Assembly: GCA_050575255.1 (NCBI GenBank)
Contig: JBNZDD010013726.1
Span: 310,001 to 374,000 of the forward strand
Source: Harriotta raleighana
Taxonomy: Eukaryota
Direction of reading: 5' to 3'
DNA length: 64,000 nt
In this document: piece after piece, positions 34,901 through 49,979 of the stretch
Layout of the letters: each line of letters starts with the position of its first letter
Numbering within the stretch: position 1 is the stretch's first letter
The notes under the pieces: generated by a model
The model's input: the letters and a program-made list of their open reading frames with translations, nothing else
Told to the model about the DNA's origin: nothing
Database searches by the model: none
Program-made: the position numbers and the translations under genes

Positions 34901-37900
34901 ATATCAGTGATGGGATGGAAGGTTTGTAAAGTATACTCTCAAGTGTAAACATGCACACGTTTAAACGCAGCTTAGTCTGTTTTCTGGGAAACAGATTAGA
35001 TTTTGATTTAGTGTTTCTTACATGAGTTAGGCGATTATATTTATTGTGTATTTTCTCTATTTGGTAAAATAAACACATTGGGTAGGTTTAACTTGTACGT
35101 ATTACTCTGCAAGAACATTTTGAATTGACAAATAGACAAAGTGAGTAACATTTTATATGCTACAAAGCTTTGCTGTAAGTGTTTCAAGTTTATACTTGTA
35201 ACAAAAACTGCATTTAACGGTGTTATTATGCATGATAGTCACTGGCTGTTAATAATGGTGGTTATGCAAAAAAGCAGCATTTTATCCATGTTGCACTTGG
35301 TGTTATTATTTAATTGCCATGCATGAACGTGGATTGAAAATGATAAGACGTGCAGGAAGGGAAGGGAGATAACACCATACCAATGGGCAAGGGGCATCAA
35401 GCCCATCCAGGCCTGGTAAGCCCGGTTCACCTTTCTCTCCTTTAAAGCCTCGGAATCCCTGTTTACAAAATGAACTGACTCGGTTAATACAGATACATCT
35501 TAATACTGACTTTCATGTAGATGGAGAAAGGAAGGAGGACTGCGGAATCTGCAAATCGGTAGACAACTCCATGACAGCACATGAGGAAAAGATTACAAAA
35601 CATCATTGCACCCTTGGAACCTGCCTAGTGTTTGAACCTGCCCAAGGGATGATCTCCGATTTTGAATGTCACGAATGAAATCATGATGTTCAAAATCCAA
35701 CGCTGTGTGAATACAAATCTTCACTGATAAGCACAGAAAGCAACAGCAGACGTTTTATGGATGTCGGTACTCAGGTTGCATTGCAAAGCAGTGGCAATTC
35801 AAGGAATGCCAAGGAATTACCATTGCAGACTGAGCAAATCCTGGAGCAGGCACTGTGTACACAAATGTTAACTCCAATACACTCCAGAGTCACCCTTTGT
35901 ACTTAACTCCATATCTTGTGCCAATGTTATACTGCCATTAGTTCAGATCTCAGCAATGCGACGGAGATTGGTTCTGTAAAGAAGTTGAGTTCAATGGAGA
36001 GACTCCACAACCGTGGTATTTGGCCTTGAGGGCTGCAATGATGGACAATTTTAAAGCAACATTCAGGAAGGTCCTCCCTTATTTTTCCATTACATACTTT
36101 ACATTTCAGATCACATCAGCAGAACATACCAATGGGCAAGGTGCATCTAATCCAGGCACTCCTTGGTCTCCCTTATCCCCTTTAGGCCCTTTAGAACCTC
36201 TCTTTCCCTTCTCCCCCTGCAAACAATATTCGTCAAAGAAAAAAATTGGAACAATTTTACTTTTTTTCTGCAGAAAATATCTTGGTGATAAGGAAAGATA
36301 AAATGGAAACCCAAAAAATGTTTTAATTTTGGGGTTATTTAGATTATATTACCACCATTGGTGAGATAAGATATGTTATCTTTTTATAGATTACACAAAA
36401 TAAAATGATAAAGAAAATTAATTCAATTTATAAATGGTAATTGCACTTCTGTCCTTTATGTGAAGGATACTAGAAATGAGAATATAACTGCACAAAACGC
36501 CTTTCTGAAGAAATCAAACTTCTTCCTAAATTTTCTACCAAATTAAGAAATTATTCGATAAATTGTTGATTAAAGCAAAACAAAGAATGATATACTGTTG
36601 ATGTGTAATAGTATTTTCTAGTTCTCTATTTGTGTAGATCTAACACATTAAAGGGTTTTGCATTTTAAAATAATTTTGATTATTTTTGTTTTGGGGAAAT
36701 ACTTTTTTGCTCTAAGTAAAAAATATTTTTCTTTAAAAGTAGTGCAGAATTTTTAAATAATTCAACACATTTCAGAATGTACACAAACACTCCAAAGTTA
36801 TATTTATAAATAGTTAAATTAAAATTGCATGCACAAAATGTAACTGAATACTGGAATATCTTACAAATTATTTTTAAACACAGAATAATCCTTGTACTTG
36901 ATATAGTTGGAAATTAAATGTTTTGATTTATTCTAAAAAGGGCAGAAGTGTGCATTTTATTTATTACTTCCTATTCATTTATAAACAACAGATTAATAAT
37001 GCAATATAGAATTTTTTTTTAAAAAAGAATCGGAATAGATTATACATTAGAAAAAAAAACCTTGCAGGAAAGGAGAGGTTCATACATTAGGAATCGGTGT
37101 CAGGAGAGAGAGAAGGAAAAAACACTTTGAGTAGGATGAGAGGATAATCAGGGATTAAATATGGAAAGAAGGGTTGAAGGGGTTAAGGTAGACCTGTTCG
37201 GAGGAATTCTCTTTTAAAAAAGCAGCAAAAGAACGTAAAGAATAACAGCACAACAAACCTTTACAAAAATGCTCAATGTCAAACTGAGCAATATATTTCA
37301 GTTAAGTTAAATTAAGTTAAAGGTATATTTTGTGAGTTAATAAAAACGCACTTTACAAATGACTCATTTGTTTGTTTTTAACTTTAATAAATCCCATCGA
37401 AAGAAAACTCCCAAATAGTTTTGTTAAAAGCTTCCAAATAACAGTATTTCAAGGAAGAGATAAAATTATTTTCAATACAAGCGAATAAGAAGCTTTTGCA
37501 GTGGCATTCATTGGTTTATTTGATGCAATGAATGTCAACTCAATATTACTTTGCCTAATGATGTTACATTCAATTTTACAACTGTAATCATTGTTAAATT
37601 ATTTCCTGTTGCAGTATAAATAAACATTAGGTTGAGCTTTACTTGAAAATACCATGCATAAAAAAAGGATATTTAAGTATCATAATGTCCAGGCATACTT
37701 ACCCGGCCTCCTTTTTCTCCTTTTGGTCCTAGTGATCCCTACGAGAGACAATTATTAGATCTGTTATTCAGTGTGGACATTGCTACGCACATATTGGTTG
37801 CCACATTTCACATACAAATTATGTTACACTTTACAATAAATTCCAACCTTCCATCATATTGGAGAGGAAGGTGAACTTGGAAATGGGGTGGTAGCTGCAT

Positions 37901-40900
37901 AGGTTGGAGCTGTTGTATTATTGCCACAAGGTGGGCTCCCTTTCAGTTCCTTTGTACAGTATTTGAAATTACAGTTCCATTTAGTATAGTGTATTTACTA
38001 ATATAATTTACAGGAAATTATTTTGAAGTTGGATTATGCGTGCTTTCCCGAAACATACAAAGAATTGAAGTGGTTTTTCAGGATTCCTATCTATTAGACA
38101 GTTTCCTTACAGTTATTCCCTGTGGTCCAATTGGTCCTGGAGGTCCAGCATCTCCTTTATCACCCTAAAACAGATATCAATACAGATAGTTTGATGTTAT
38201 AAGTGGATGCAATCAGAGACAATATTGATGTTTATGCATTATTCTAATAACTCACATTGCTGAGTATCTCTAAAAATATTGTTGACGGATGTGTGACACA
38301 AGGTTATTTATGGTCCATTTGTTTTGATAATGTTGATCACCATTTTGTATTACAGTTAGTTTTCAGCTAGTCTAAATTCATCCTTTGCGAATATAGTGAA
38401 TTCACTTTACAGTATATTCTGTGGAGCGCTTTGAGACTTCTCAACGACATGATACAAAACTATATCAAACACAAGGATTATTATTATTATTAAATTTAGA
38501 TTCCCTTTATATACTGTCCCATATTTGATTCTTACCCTTTCTCCTTTTGGTCCTGCTGGCCCTTGTGAACCCGCTGGGCCTGGTACACCCTACATAGAAA
38601 TGAACATATTTAATAACAATTCCATCTAGTTCTATTGTTAAGTAACAATTCACAAGAAGGGTCAAGATGAAAGAGCAGAAGAGCATTTTTCTCATTTAGA
38701 GAATAGCACATGGATCAATTGCTCAGCCTAGAGGAAAAGAAATAGCTTCTTAGTAGGACTGGGGCATTTTTGTTGCTCATGTAAGCCTGGACGTTGGTCG
38801 AATAAAAGAGCAGTGCTATGTATGCATTCCATACTCTTGAAATATACATTTTTATTATTTTATGTTACTCATATAAGAAACTGTGTGATGCTACAATGGG
38901 AAAGATGGATGGTTGGTATTCTAAAGGATCAAATGAGCCAAGTTCATTTAAAGTTAAAAAAAATCTGAAAAATAATGTAAGTAAAAAATATATATTTGAT
39001 ACCCAATTGTTTAAAGGAAAAGTATTGCATTTACATTTTCCTTCCTTACTTCTCATCTGTGTTTTCTAAATCTATGCACCAAATTCTGAATGGGAGGATG
39101 GGCAAGCCATTTGTTCCCAGGTCTTTCTAAGTAGGTGAGAATATCCACCACACAGAATAAAAAAAGTCAACGTTACAGGGATATTACATAAACATTAAAT
39201 GCCTTCAAACCTATAAGACAGAACATTGTTACTATGAACCACAGATTGTTTTGTTGAAAATTCAGGGCGTTCAGTACAAGACCTTGTTTTAAATCAACTG
39301 AACATAATGTAAGCATTTCCCAATACAAATGATTGAACCAAAAAACTGAATCAAGCAGTCACATGCACTGGGATATTTGTCATGCTCATTTACAATCCAC
39401 ATGGACCACAGTACAGGCATGTAATCCAACTATATTAACTTCATTATGCAATCCAACAATGGTGTAGCAGGCATGAACTATCTAGGAGAATGGACATATG
39501 GAACTCACCGGTTGTCCAGGCTGTCCGTCTAAGCCAGAAGCACCCTGGACAGTGTATGAAGTGTTAAAAGTGGAAAGAACGGTGGGGAAGAGATGAGTGT
39601 GACAGTGAAAAGGGACATGTGTTGGCATAACTCAATGAAAGGTGACAATGTTGAAAGAGATCAAGACCTGACATATCAACCAGCTCACAAGAATCAACGT
39701 GTACTGTGTTCTTTCCATACAAGTCAGGCCAGTAACAATCAATGCAATTTCTTAAATTATAACCAGTAAATATTTGTAGAGTGTCACATTGGAAACACCA
39801 TCCACAAGTGAAAGTGACACTGTGATGAAAGTTTTATTTGTCAGTAGAAATGTTCTGAAACTAGTATAGATATGAGCTGGAAACACTGAATGCCAAGACT
39901 TGACATTTAGCAAAGATTAAAAGTGAGTATGACTAGCACACGTGATTAAAAGTGACTTATGGTACATGTAAATTGGACCAACAATGAATTATGCCAATGT
40001 TGATTAATTTCTACCTATTAGATAATTTATTTTCTGGAGAGTAAAACACCTAATCTAGGACTAAAATGTTGTTGTAACATATATATTTTGAGCAAAATAT
40101 TTCTCCACCATTAAGAGGTTAGAGTAGCACATTTTTTCAGTCTTTTGCCTCTAGCCATGTGATTGAAACATGAAAATCATGCATAGTCTTTTGTCTTCCA
40201 ATTATGTATCCAAATGCTTAGTGAAGTGAGTAATGATCACCATGGATATGAGAATAATTCCCATGTGGCATCTATGGCCAAAATAATATGACCTTTGCCA
40301 GATACAAAATGGATCAACAGTAGTAGGAATACCACCAATTACCCTGAATATCTTAAATCTGAACCTTGAACGTCCACACCCGTTTTAGGTTCTGAATGAA
40401 CATATTCAGGATAATATGGGAACTCTGCATGTGGGAACAATCAGACTGATGATTGCCGAATTAGACATGAAATAGACTTGTGCTATATGTGTAAAGTTCT
40501 AAGGAACCAAGCTGGGGCAAAAATAGCTCTATTCACTCACAAGTGTGAGTGCACACTGGTCTGATCCCCAGCCTTTGAGGTGATATTGGTAGGGGCAGTA
40601 CAAATGATCTGATTTCCTCAAGCTATGAAGTGGAGGGGGAAAAAAATATGGAGTCCCTGTTCCCGAGTATTATTCAATGTTCTTCTCTGAAATGTACATA
40701 TGGATATCTGAACAAGGCAAAAAATAAAACAGGCTTTGCTATCATTCTTCCCACATGATGATTTAATTTAAAGTAAGGCAGTGCAATTTAAAATACAGTT
40801 ATGCCACAGGACAAATAATTGCCACATGACAAATTAAATTAGAAAATTATATTCTGAGATCAACGCTCAATCTTGCAACAATCTCAGGGAGTGAATTTCC

Positions 40901-43900
40901 CACAGGAATGTTGTTTTCCCCACGGGACTCCAATGTGTAATGAATCTGTGAGCTTGGTGTGGAGGTTTGTTTAGCACTAGATTTGACTAATACAACATAC
41001 TGGTGGGTTATCCATTAGGTTTCAGAAACCCGAGTCTGACGTGCAGTCAAACCTAAAGGGTTAGATGTTTTGTTTAAAAATTAGCTTTTTAAGAGTTAAT
41101 TAAATTTTAAAAAGGAAATGTTAATTACACGTTCATGCCCCAAAACCTCAAATGGCAATTACATGCCTGAAGTAGCTAATAAATATGGAAGCAGAAAGTG
41201 CAACTTACAGGCAATCCGAGAGGACCTCTGTCACCTTTAGGACCAACTGATCCTAAATCACCCTGTACAAATGACAAAATATTAGATATCAGGCGTTAAT
41301 TTCAGTCTCGACAAAAATAAATGGCATCACAAAATCAGTGGGTGAAGAAAAACAGATAAGTTTCCTGAGTCTGCATATTAAGAAATCTCCATTAATCAAT
41401 CCCATCCTATTCCTTCCTTGTAAAAGTATATATTATTGAACTCTAACTTACCTTTGCTCCTGAAAGCCCTTGGAGTCCCTGGGTGAAACAATTAAAAAAT
41501 TTAAATTTGTAACATTGCAAAGATAATTTCACATACAGTACTTCCAAATTTATAATTGGAAAACATGTAGCATTTAGGGCTTTGAAGAACAAAACATTTT
41601 CAAAATTTTCAGAATTAAAATTTTATTGCAATTCCTAAATACTTTTCAAAATTTGTCAAGTGGATTCATCGTGAATGGAACGATGGGGGCATTGCAGGGT
41701 ACACAATTGGTGGCAATCATTTGCCTAAAAAATATAGTCAAATATAGTTATTTACAATAAATCATGTGAAGCATTTTGAGTTGTTTCAAATTACATAGTA
41801 AGGTTCTATCTCAAGTAAAATGGTTTATTATTATGTTATTATTATTTATTCATGTTAATTTTAACCTATTATTTGATACTTACAATTGGACCTGGTGGCC
41901 CATATGGACCAGGTGGCCCTTCTGGACCAACAATCTGCGGAAAATATATTGTTTAAAAATATAAAACATTCAGGTTTTGCACTAATGCTTACCCGTTTCG
42001 CAAAGAAATAGCTGGAACAGTAAAGCTAATATCATTCTTCAATTTCAAGTAGGCATATATAAAAACAGTTGGCTGTCAATCACTCTGGAATATAATATGT
42101 AAGGGTCTATGTTTGAATAATTTTACCTTGATAAAGCTCCTGAAGTGAATATCATCCAGCAATGTATAGTCTCCACTTACTATATTTTCAAGTTTTCTCA
42201 ACCTTACACAAATCTTTAAAGTAATATAGTCTTGGATAACATTATCAACAAGGGACACTGGCAGATTGGAGAGAAAGGCCTATTGAATTAGATGTAGTAC
42301 TCATGTTGCACATTGTGCATTGGAGAGTAAAGATGCTTCCCAGTGTTATAGAGTTCTGAACTGTGAGCAACAATTAGATAAGCTGGGGCTAGTCTACTTC
42401 AAAAAGGGGTGTCTCAGGAGGATATATAAGATTCTAAATGGAATTGAAAAGGAATGTACAATATTTCCAGAGGCCAAGGGATCAAGATGGCACAGGTTTA
42501 GATTTGCAAAGGGCATTTTCAGAACTGAAAGCAAAAAGCATTAACCTACAGGATCATTAATGCCTGGAACTGATTATCCAGAGGATGGTTAAGGCCAGGA
42601 TGCTGGACTCATTTAAGAAATTTAGTGCTGTAATGAGAGAACAGTAATGCGAGTATCAGGGAAGGATAAGATAAAATGGGTGGAAGGGCCTTCTGTACCT
42701 CTGTTGAGATACGATTATTTCTACTTTGAAAATGGTAAATCATCGATAGAACAACTCCATACATCTATACATAACTAATTCTGCCCTCACTTGAATTTTA
42801 AGACAAAATGGTATCACAAAGACAAAATGACATTTCTGGACTCGAGTCCGTAAAACACAGTTGTACACCAGGCAATTCTTTAACATCAAGTCCTCAGGAG
42901 AGCAGCTTAATATAATTGAAAGACACACATTCATTTAATGTCTCTGTTTTAGCTCATGACTAAATTTGGAAGTAAGGAACTTAACCTGTTTATGTTGTTG
43001 ATATTGTAATGAATAATTCACCTCTACCATTCTGTATACCGATACTGTATATTGATCATACGTCTTATACTGTATGAAGACAAGGAATTCCTCCAGGGTC
43101 AAAATCAGTAAAGGATTAAAGAGTGGAGGAATGTGGTTGCACCTTACCCCATCACCCTTTTCTCCTCTGTCTCCCTAGAATTAAAAAAGAAAAAAAAACA
43201 GGCATCATTATCTACGAATATTTACCATCTATTGCTATGAAGAAACATGCAAGTTTCAGTGGAGACAGATCCGACCCCCGCCAAACTCCTGCATAACTAT
43301 CTGGGTGCAACTTCTTACAGTGGAAAACTTTGCCTATGTTGTAGAACACTTCATAAACACATCAATGAAATGATATGTTGGAGAAAGTCTCCATTCATGC
43401 AGCGAACTGATACTTACAGGTGTCCCGGGAAGACCAACGGGACCTGGCAGGCCAGATGGGCCCTGCAATCCAGGTTCCCCTCTTTCTCCCTTTTCACCGG
43501 TTGGCCCATCCAGACCCTAACAACATATTAGAGCCACCGATCAGAAACTGGTCTTTACATAAAGCACCCTCAAAAATTATTTAGCTTAAAATATTCCATT
43601 GCTGGGAAACAAAACATAAAAGAGAGGAGAAAGCTACATATACAATAGGTATATTAATCTTAAATAAATCTGACTAATATATAAATCATGCCTATACTTT
43701 GCACGTTAACATTGTCACAGATGGACAATCACATAAACTGTCTTTAGAAACACCCTATCTATTTAATCCTGAGATATTAAACCAGAAATGGATTGGAGCT
43801 AAAATGTACAATACCATGAAAGAAGTTGGATTATTGGTCTAGATGACTCATGCTTAGGACATTGTTTGAAACACTTGAACACACTGGAGTACCTGCCTGG

Positions 43901-46900
43901 CCAACTTCTCCCTTGTTTCCTTTAGGTCCTGGGAATCCCATAATTCCTGGATCTCCTTTAGACCCCTCAATGCCTCTTGGGCCTTCAGGGCCAGGCAATC
44001 CAATCTCACCCGGTTTACCGCGAGGACCCTAAAGCAACAGACACACAGCTCGGAAAGTCCTTAGGTTTAACCGATATTGAAATAATACAATAAGCCACTT
44101 GTTCTGGCAAGTATACCGAAACTTCAAACTGTCAGTATAACAAAACTAGGATGCATTTTCCGAGTTAACAAAAATTGAAAGTACCTTTTCTCCATCAAGT
44201 CCTGATGTACCCGGCAAGCCTATTTCACCCTATAAATACATAATTTTTCAAGTTATATTTTTTGCTTTGACTTCATAAATTGTAGAAAATATCCAGACAA
44301 AATATTCTTGTGCAACATTGTACCCAGCTTCTACATTAAGTAGTACTGTACAGTTAAATAAGTTTTATAAGCATTAGACCGTGATGAGTCGAGCAATTGC
44401 AATATTGTTGACTAGTTGACTGACCATTTGGTTTTGCTTAATTCTTAAAATATATTGACTTCTTTTAACTCAACAGATCAGAGGCAGCATTCATGTCTTT
44501 TAACAATGGAAATAGGCAAAAACTATACCTTTTCGCCTGGCTGTCCGGGAAGTCCCGGGGGACCCTGCAAATCAAACACCATTATTACTTAATTGCACCA
44601 AAAGGATGTTTTAAGAGAAATCACAACTCAAATGTCTAAAGAAGAGTATGAAAGATAAAATGGTGGGCAGATATCATTATCTAAGTTTTTTTAAGGCACA
44701 CAAACATATTTATTGTGTATGCATGTGAGAAGAGAAGTGCAAAAACTGCAAAATAATTATGTGTTCCATTATTAAATCAGGTGTTGCATTTATTTGATAA
44801 TAAAATAGCATCCAAACATTACTGCCTGAAGATACCCAGAGTCACATTCCTCATGTCAGCCAGTACACACTTTCAGGACGATATAACAAATTGTAATTTT
44901 TCTTGACAGTCTGTGAGAGGGAGTGAGAATTATTTATTTCAATTTGCTGCATGCTGGGGGTACATTCCAGCACCAAACAGTATTGTTAGAGAGACACAGG
45001 AGATGTCTATGGCTGCATTTGTTCTCCAACACAGACTTTTAAGAGGGGTTCGTTGTGTGAAATTGGTTGAAGGAGAGAAAACAACAACTTGCATTTATAT
45101 AACGCCACTCACATAGGGTAGCACCCCAGAATGCTTGACAGTGGCAGAGTGACAAAAACAAATAAAAGTGAATGCTATACATGTGGATTATAATATCTTT
45201 ATGTTAAAACACATTTTCTTTTGGTCTTTCAATCACAATGAACAGTCTTGGACTAAACCCAATCCGTAATAAAATTTATAAGTACCATGTTCCTTCAGTT
45301 GCACTTTGGAAAGAGTTTTCTAAATCAGTGGCCAAAAAAGGCAATTATTCCAGCTATAACAGTGAAATCTGAACCCCTGTTTTAATTTCAGAAACTGTCA
45401 TCTGGGTTAGAAAATAATTTATGTAATAAATGCAACAGATCCTATTTCTAAATTGTTGAGACACCGAAATATCCTTAATTCAGTCAGAAACTAATCACAT
45501 TAAGAAGAAATTAAAAGAGAAGTTCTTTCAAATATAAAGTATATTCCCAAGCATGGCAATGTTAAATAAGTAAAGACTCTCACACCTGGTAGGAGATTTG
45601 TATTTTTCCTTGCCTTTCCCCAACCCACAGAGGCCCACTGTTTCCGACCTTTACATACAGCTGGGACCCACTGCATCGAACATCAGTGGTGAGACCTGTC
45701 AGCGAGTGGTTACATGGGAAATCCCACAATTGGCCCAAAGCCAGTACTGGATTGTCGATCCAGACATGTCAGAACTGGGAAAATTCAGTACCAAATTAAT
45801 GTACTGAATCTAGCTGGCAATGCTGTGGTTACCAAATATTTTATATTGCTCTACCTAGCTGGTGAAGAGCTTACTTCAAATTAAAAATACTTGGTTTTCC
45901 CTCTCTATCCACTGTCTTATTGTCCTCTATTTTCAGTGAAGCAGGCTGACTGACCTTATATTCCATTATTCTAAGGTGGTTCAGAAAGAGATGTGTAGAC
46001 AACCAGCTAATAAATGCAAAGGTAAAACATGCCAACAATACTCCTAGATCACATCATGCTGGATATGTCATGCACAAGTCATGTAGAGTAGCTTCCCTCA
46101 ATAACTCAACAATCCTCAGAATCTTTCATAATACGTGCATTGTTAATTTCTCCCCAATTTAGGGATAGCCGTCATTTACAGAAGCAAACAAGCAGTCTCT
46201 TGATGGTGAAGAGGTTAATGAAGCCTTTTGTGCATGTTTAAGAAACAGATCAATTTTCTACTTTTTTAAACAGTTTGCTCTTAAGGGCAATTGCAAGGCA
46301 AACTTAATGATGCCAATGGCCTACGTTACAGCTGCAGGAAGGTGCAGCAGTGGAGACCAGAGTATCTCATGTCACTATTGACAGCTTGGTGATTGTAGTG
46401 AGGACTTTTAGGAGAGAAAGTACAATACCCTGTTCCTTTTGTGAAAGACAGAAATAATATGGGGTAAAATTCTGATGTGACAGCCAGCTATGGTGGTTGC
46501 TGCGCAATTATAATAGGAATTTCTATTAGAAGCTTGGCATCATCAAAACATCATCATGTTTATGATGCTCACTGAACATTTTCTTCAATAGTTATAATAA
46601 ACGAAGCATGCAAAAAAATTAAAATACATACTGCAACACTATTTATATGGCATTCTACAAATTTTCTAATGAATTTATAACACTTTTTTAATAAATAGAC
46701 TTGTTATTGAACATATTGCTTCTGAAATAAATTCCAACTTGCAATAAATCTAGACAATCGCAGACGAATGTTGGGCAGTTAATTACTATTTTCCAAATTC
46801 CAAAGTTAACAGAGTTAAAATCATCCATTATAATAAATATAATTGGATGCACTAACTTTACAATGCCAACTCTGTTTCAGCTCAAAATGCAGAAGCAATC

Positions 46901-49900
46901 AATAAAGCATTCAATAAAATTCTATTTAGTTACCACCAGGGCTAAAGTTCTGATTTCCTGAAAAATGAAAGATAAACCACTAATTTTTGAGGTGAAATAA
47001 CATTTAAAACATTAACTGTTATTTTTCCTCATAACGACTCTAACATAAATAACTAATTCTCACTTGTTTTTATTGGAGGGTTCTACATAATTTACATATA
47101 GAGAGCACCTTCAACCACGCCTTACAAGTGAGAGACCTGGATTGAATTCCAGGAAGGACAAAACCTTGGGCAAATTTCCTTATTCCACCCCTAATAATAA
47201 TGCCTCAAAAAAAATTTGTCAATTCAATCCATGAGTGTTTGTGGGTCCCTGCTGTGCACATTTAGCTGCTACGTTTCGCCCACATATATACACTCAATTC
47301 ACTTTGCAATATATTCTGTGAAGCACTTTGAGATGTCTGGAAGATGTAAAAGCTTTATATCAAATGCAAGGATTATTATTATTAACTTAACTGTACTACA
47401 GGAAATATGGATTCAAGTTAAAATGGAAGGTAAAGAGATAGTACTAATACAGCTGAGAAGGTGGAGGTAGATTACATCAAGAAATTTTAACAATTAAGAT
47501 AGTTATTTGGCAAATAAATCTAGTGTTGTAAAGTTGCAGTGTTATAATTGGTAACTGAACCTGGAATCATCTTAAAATGTAGATTTGGGGTAATTTGATC
47601 CAACAGTAATATCAATGTGCTCAATAAAAAAAAATGCACGTCCCTTGTAGTTGAAAGTCTTGTTTGTGTGTAACACAAGTTTTACTGGAATTTACCTGGA
47701 GAGCTTCACTGATGTTGCCATTGTAATCGATAATTTCAGTTTTTCCTGCTTCACCCTTCTGACCTGTCGAACCCTACAGAATATATAATAGATCAACACA
47801 TCACTACAGCATGAAGCTGATAAAAATCTGTAGTTGTAATTTGATCTTGGATGTTAAAGGGTTAATGATATCTGAGCATGCTGGAAACATTATGGGACAC
47901 TGGTCAGCTTTGAGGGGGTCAGTCGAAAAACTATTACAATAGATTTTAAAACATACATCATATGATTACAAAGCTACATAGTCATTTTCAAGTAGGAAAT
48001 TATTCAAATAATGATGACCAATTGACAAAAATTGATGCTATGCAATTGGAAGGTAGTAAACAAAGTTGAGTCACCAGAGTAATAAACTCACCCTTGGTCC
48101 AGGCTGGCCAGGGTCTCCCTGAAATTATGTATAGTGAAAAACCTTTACTTAAGAGAATGATATGCAGACACCTCTGTGACCTCCTAACCCCCTACCAACC
48201 ACCTGCTCCCTCTGCTCAGCAGGCTAGTCTGCTCCATTCCCCTGACCCACCCACCCCACCATCGGCAGGCGTGCCTTCAGCCACTCTGCCCCCAACCTCT
48301 GGAATTCCATCCTGCAATCCCGCTGTCTCGCCTGCTCCTGAGCCTCCTTCAAGTCCTGCCTCAAGACCCTTCTCTTCAACTGTGCCATTAGTCATCCCCC
48401 TTCCCCTCCCTTCCCTCCACCCTCCCTGATCCCGACCACAGCTCGGGCCTGAAACACTGTCTATCCAGCACCTTGGCATGTTCTCCCGACATGAAAAGCG
48501 CTAAACAAATATAATTTTATTGTTGTTTTCATGCAATCAAATACTAAAACAAATTATCTACAAGTTTAGGGTAGGTCAATTATTCTTCAAAACAATAAAT
48601 TAATTCAAGTCACTCTTGAAGATTTGGAGAAGCAGTGTAAAAACATTCAAGAAATGCGACATCTACTACTTTTGTTAATTTAAATAGTTTTGAATATTTA
48701 AAGTGTTGATTGGATGTAAAATGCTACACATGAATGATGAACACAGCAAGAGAAGCGAATGTTGATGAAATATAATAACAGTAAGAGACTGAAATAATCT
48801 TCACGCACCTCATCTCAAAGATGTTTGTATGCATTCAAGGTAATTTCAGTTATAAATAATCCTTGCATTTGGTATGGCCCCATATAACATGGATGTCTCA
48901 AGGTGCTTCACAGGAATTGATGTGAAATGGAGTGACTGTGTATTTGTCGACAAACATGTCAGCATAATTGTGCGCAGCCATTTTGGCAGGTAATGGTGAC
49001 GATTTAAATCAAAAGCAGTATTATGGATTAAAATAGATTTTTGAACAGAAGAGGCATGTCATAATACTTTAATTCAACAATGCTCACATATATATTTAAA
49101 ATGAAAACTTTCATTTCTATTTTGTTAAAATCTAATATTAAAAACAAATACATGCCTTACCGATAAATTGTGCATATCTGCAGGTAAATTTGGAAAATGG
49201 TTTAAGTGAAGCAAGAATCATTTGGTCCTTTTAATAGTGTTACTGGTTGTTTTTTAAAAGGCAATATTAATAAGATAAAAATTGTTCAATACTGTAAGGA
49301 ATTTTATCAATCCAGTCATTTCCCTGAAGGTTGTGAACATTGTTGTTTTAATCTCAGATCATCAAAAAAAATTGCAGTTTTAAAACCTCTCTCATTAGTA
49401 TCAAACTATCAGGAGAGTTAAAGAGAACATTTGTAGAATTAATATTCCTATAAGCAGGTTTTTAAAAAATCAAGTGTTGCCACCTTTTGTCCTTGCTGAC
49501 AATGTAAACCAGGCTCTCCCATTTTCCCAGGCTCTCACTAAAAAACTTTCAGTTTGCAGAACAATATGAGCTATGTATTACTAAAGAAAAAATAACACAA
49601 AAAGAGGGTGTTTCAGCAAGTTATTTGGTTAATAATTAGAGCACATTATAGATACAATTTCAATTATTTGTGTACATATCAGGATAGAAATACAACAAAG
49701 TATAGTGAAAAGAGAGGAGTACTTCATGGTAATGTGGCAGAAGTGATCTTCTGAGGTTCGGCTTTTGAAACTGGGGAAGTGGAGCTTTCATTTGTATCTA
49801 ATGATTGCTATAAATATCTTGGAAATGTTAAGATGGTGATATTACAAACCCAGGGTGAAAAATTCTATTCAATAGTATGACATACCATATTCAAATGAGC

Positions 49901-49946
49901 ACAGAAGTTTCCAATGAAACATATGCTACATATACACACACACAGT

Positions 49947-49979
<33 letters not shown>

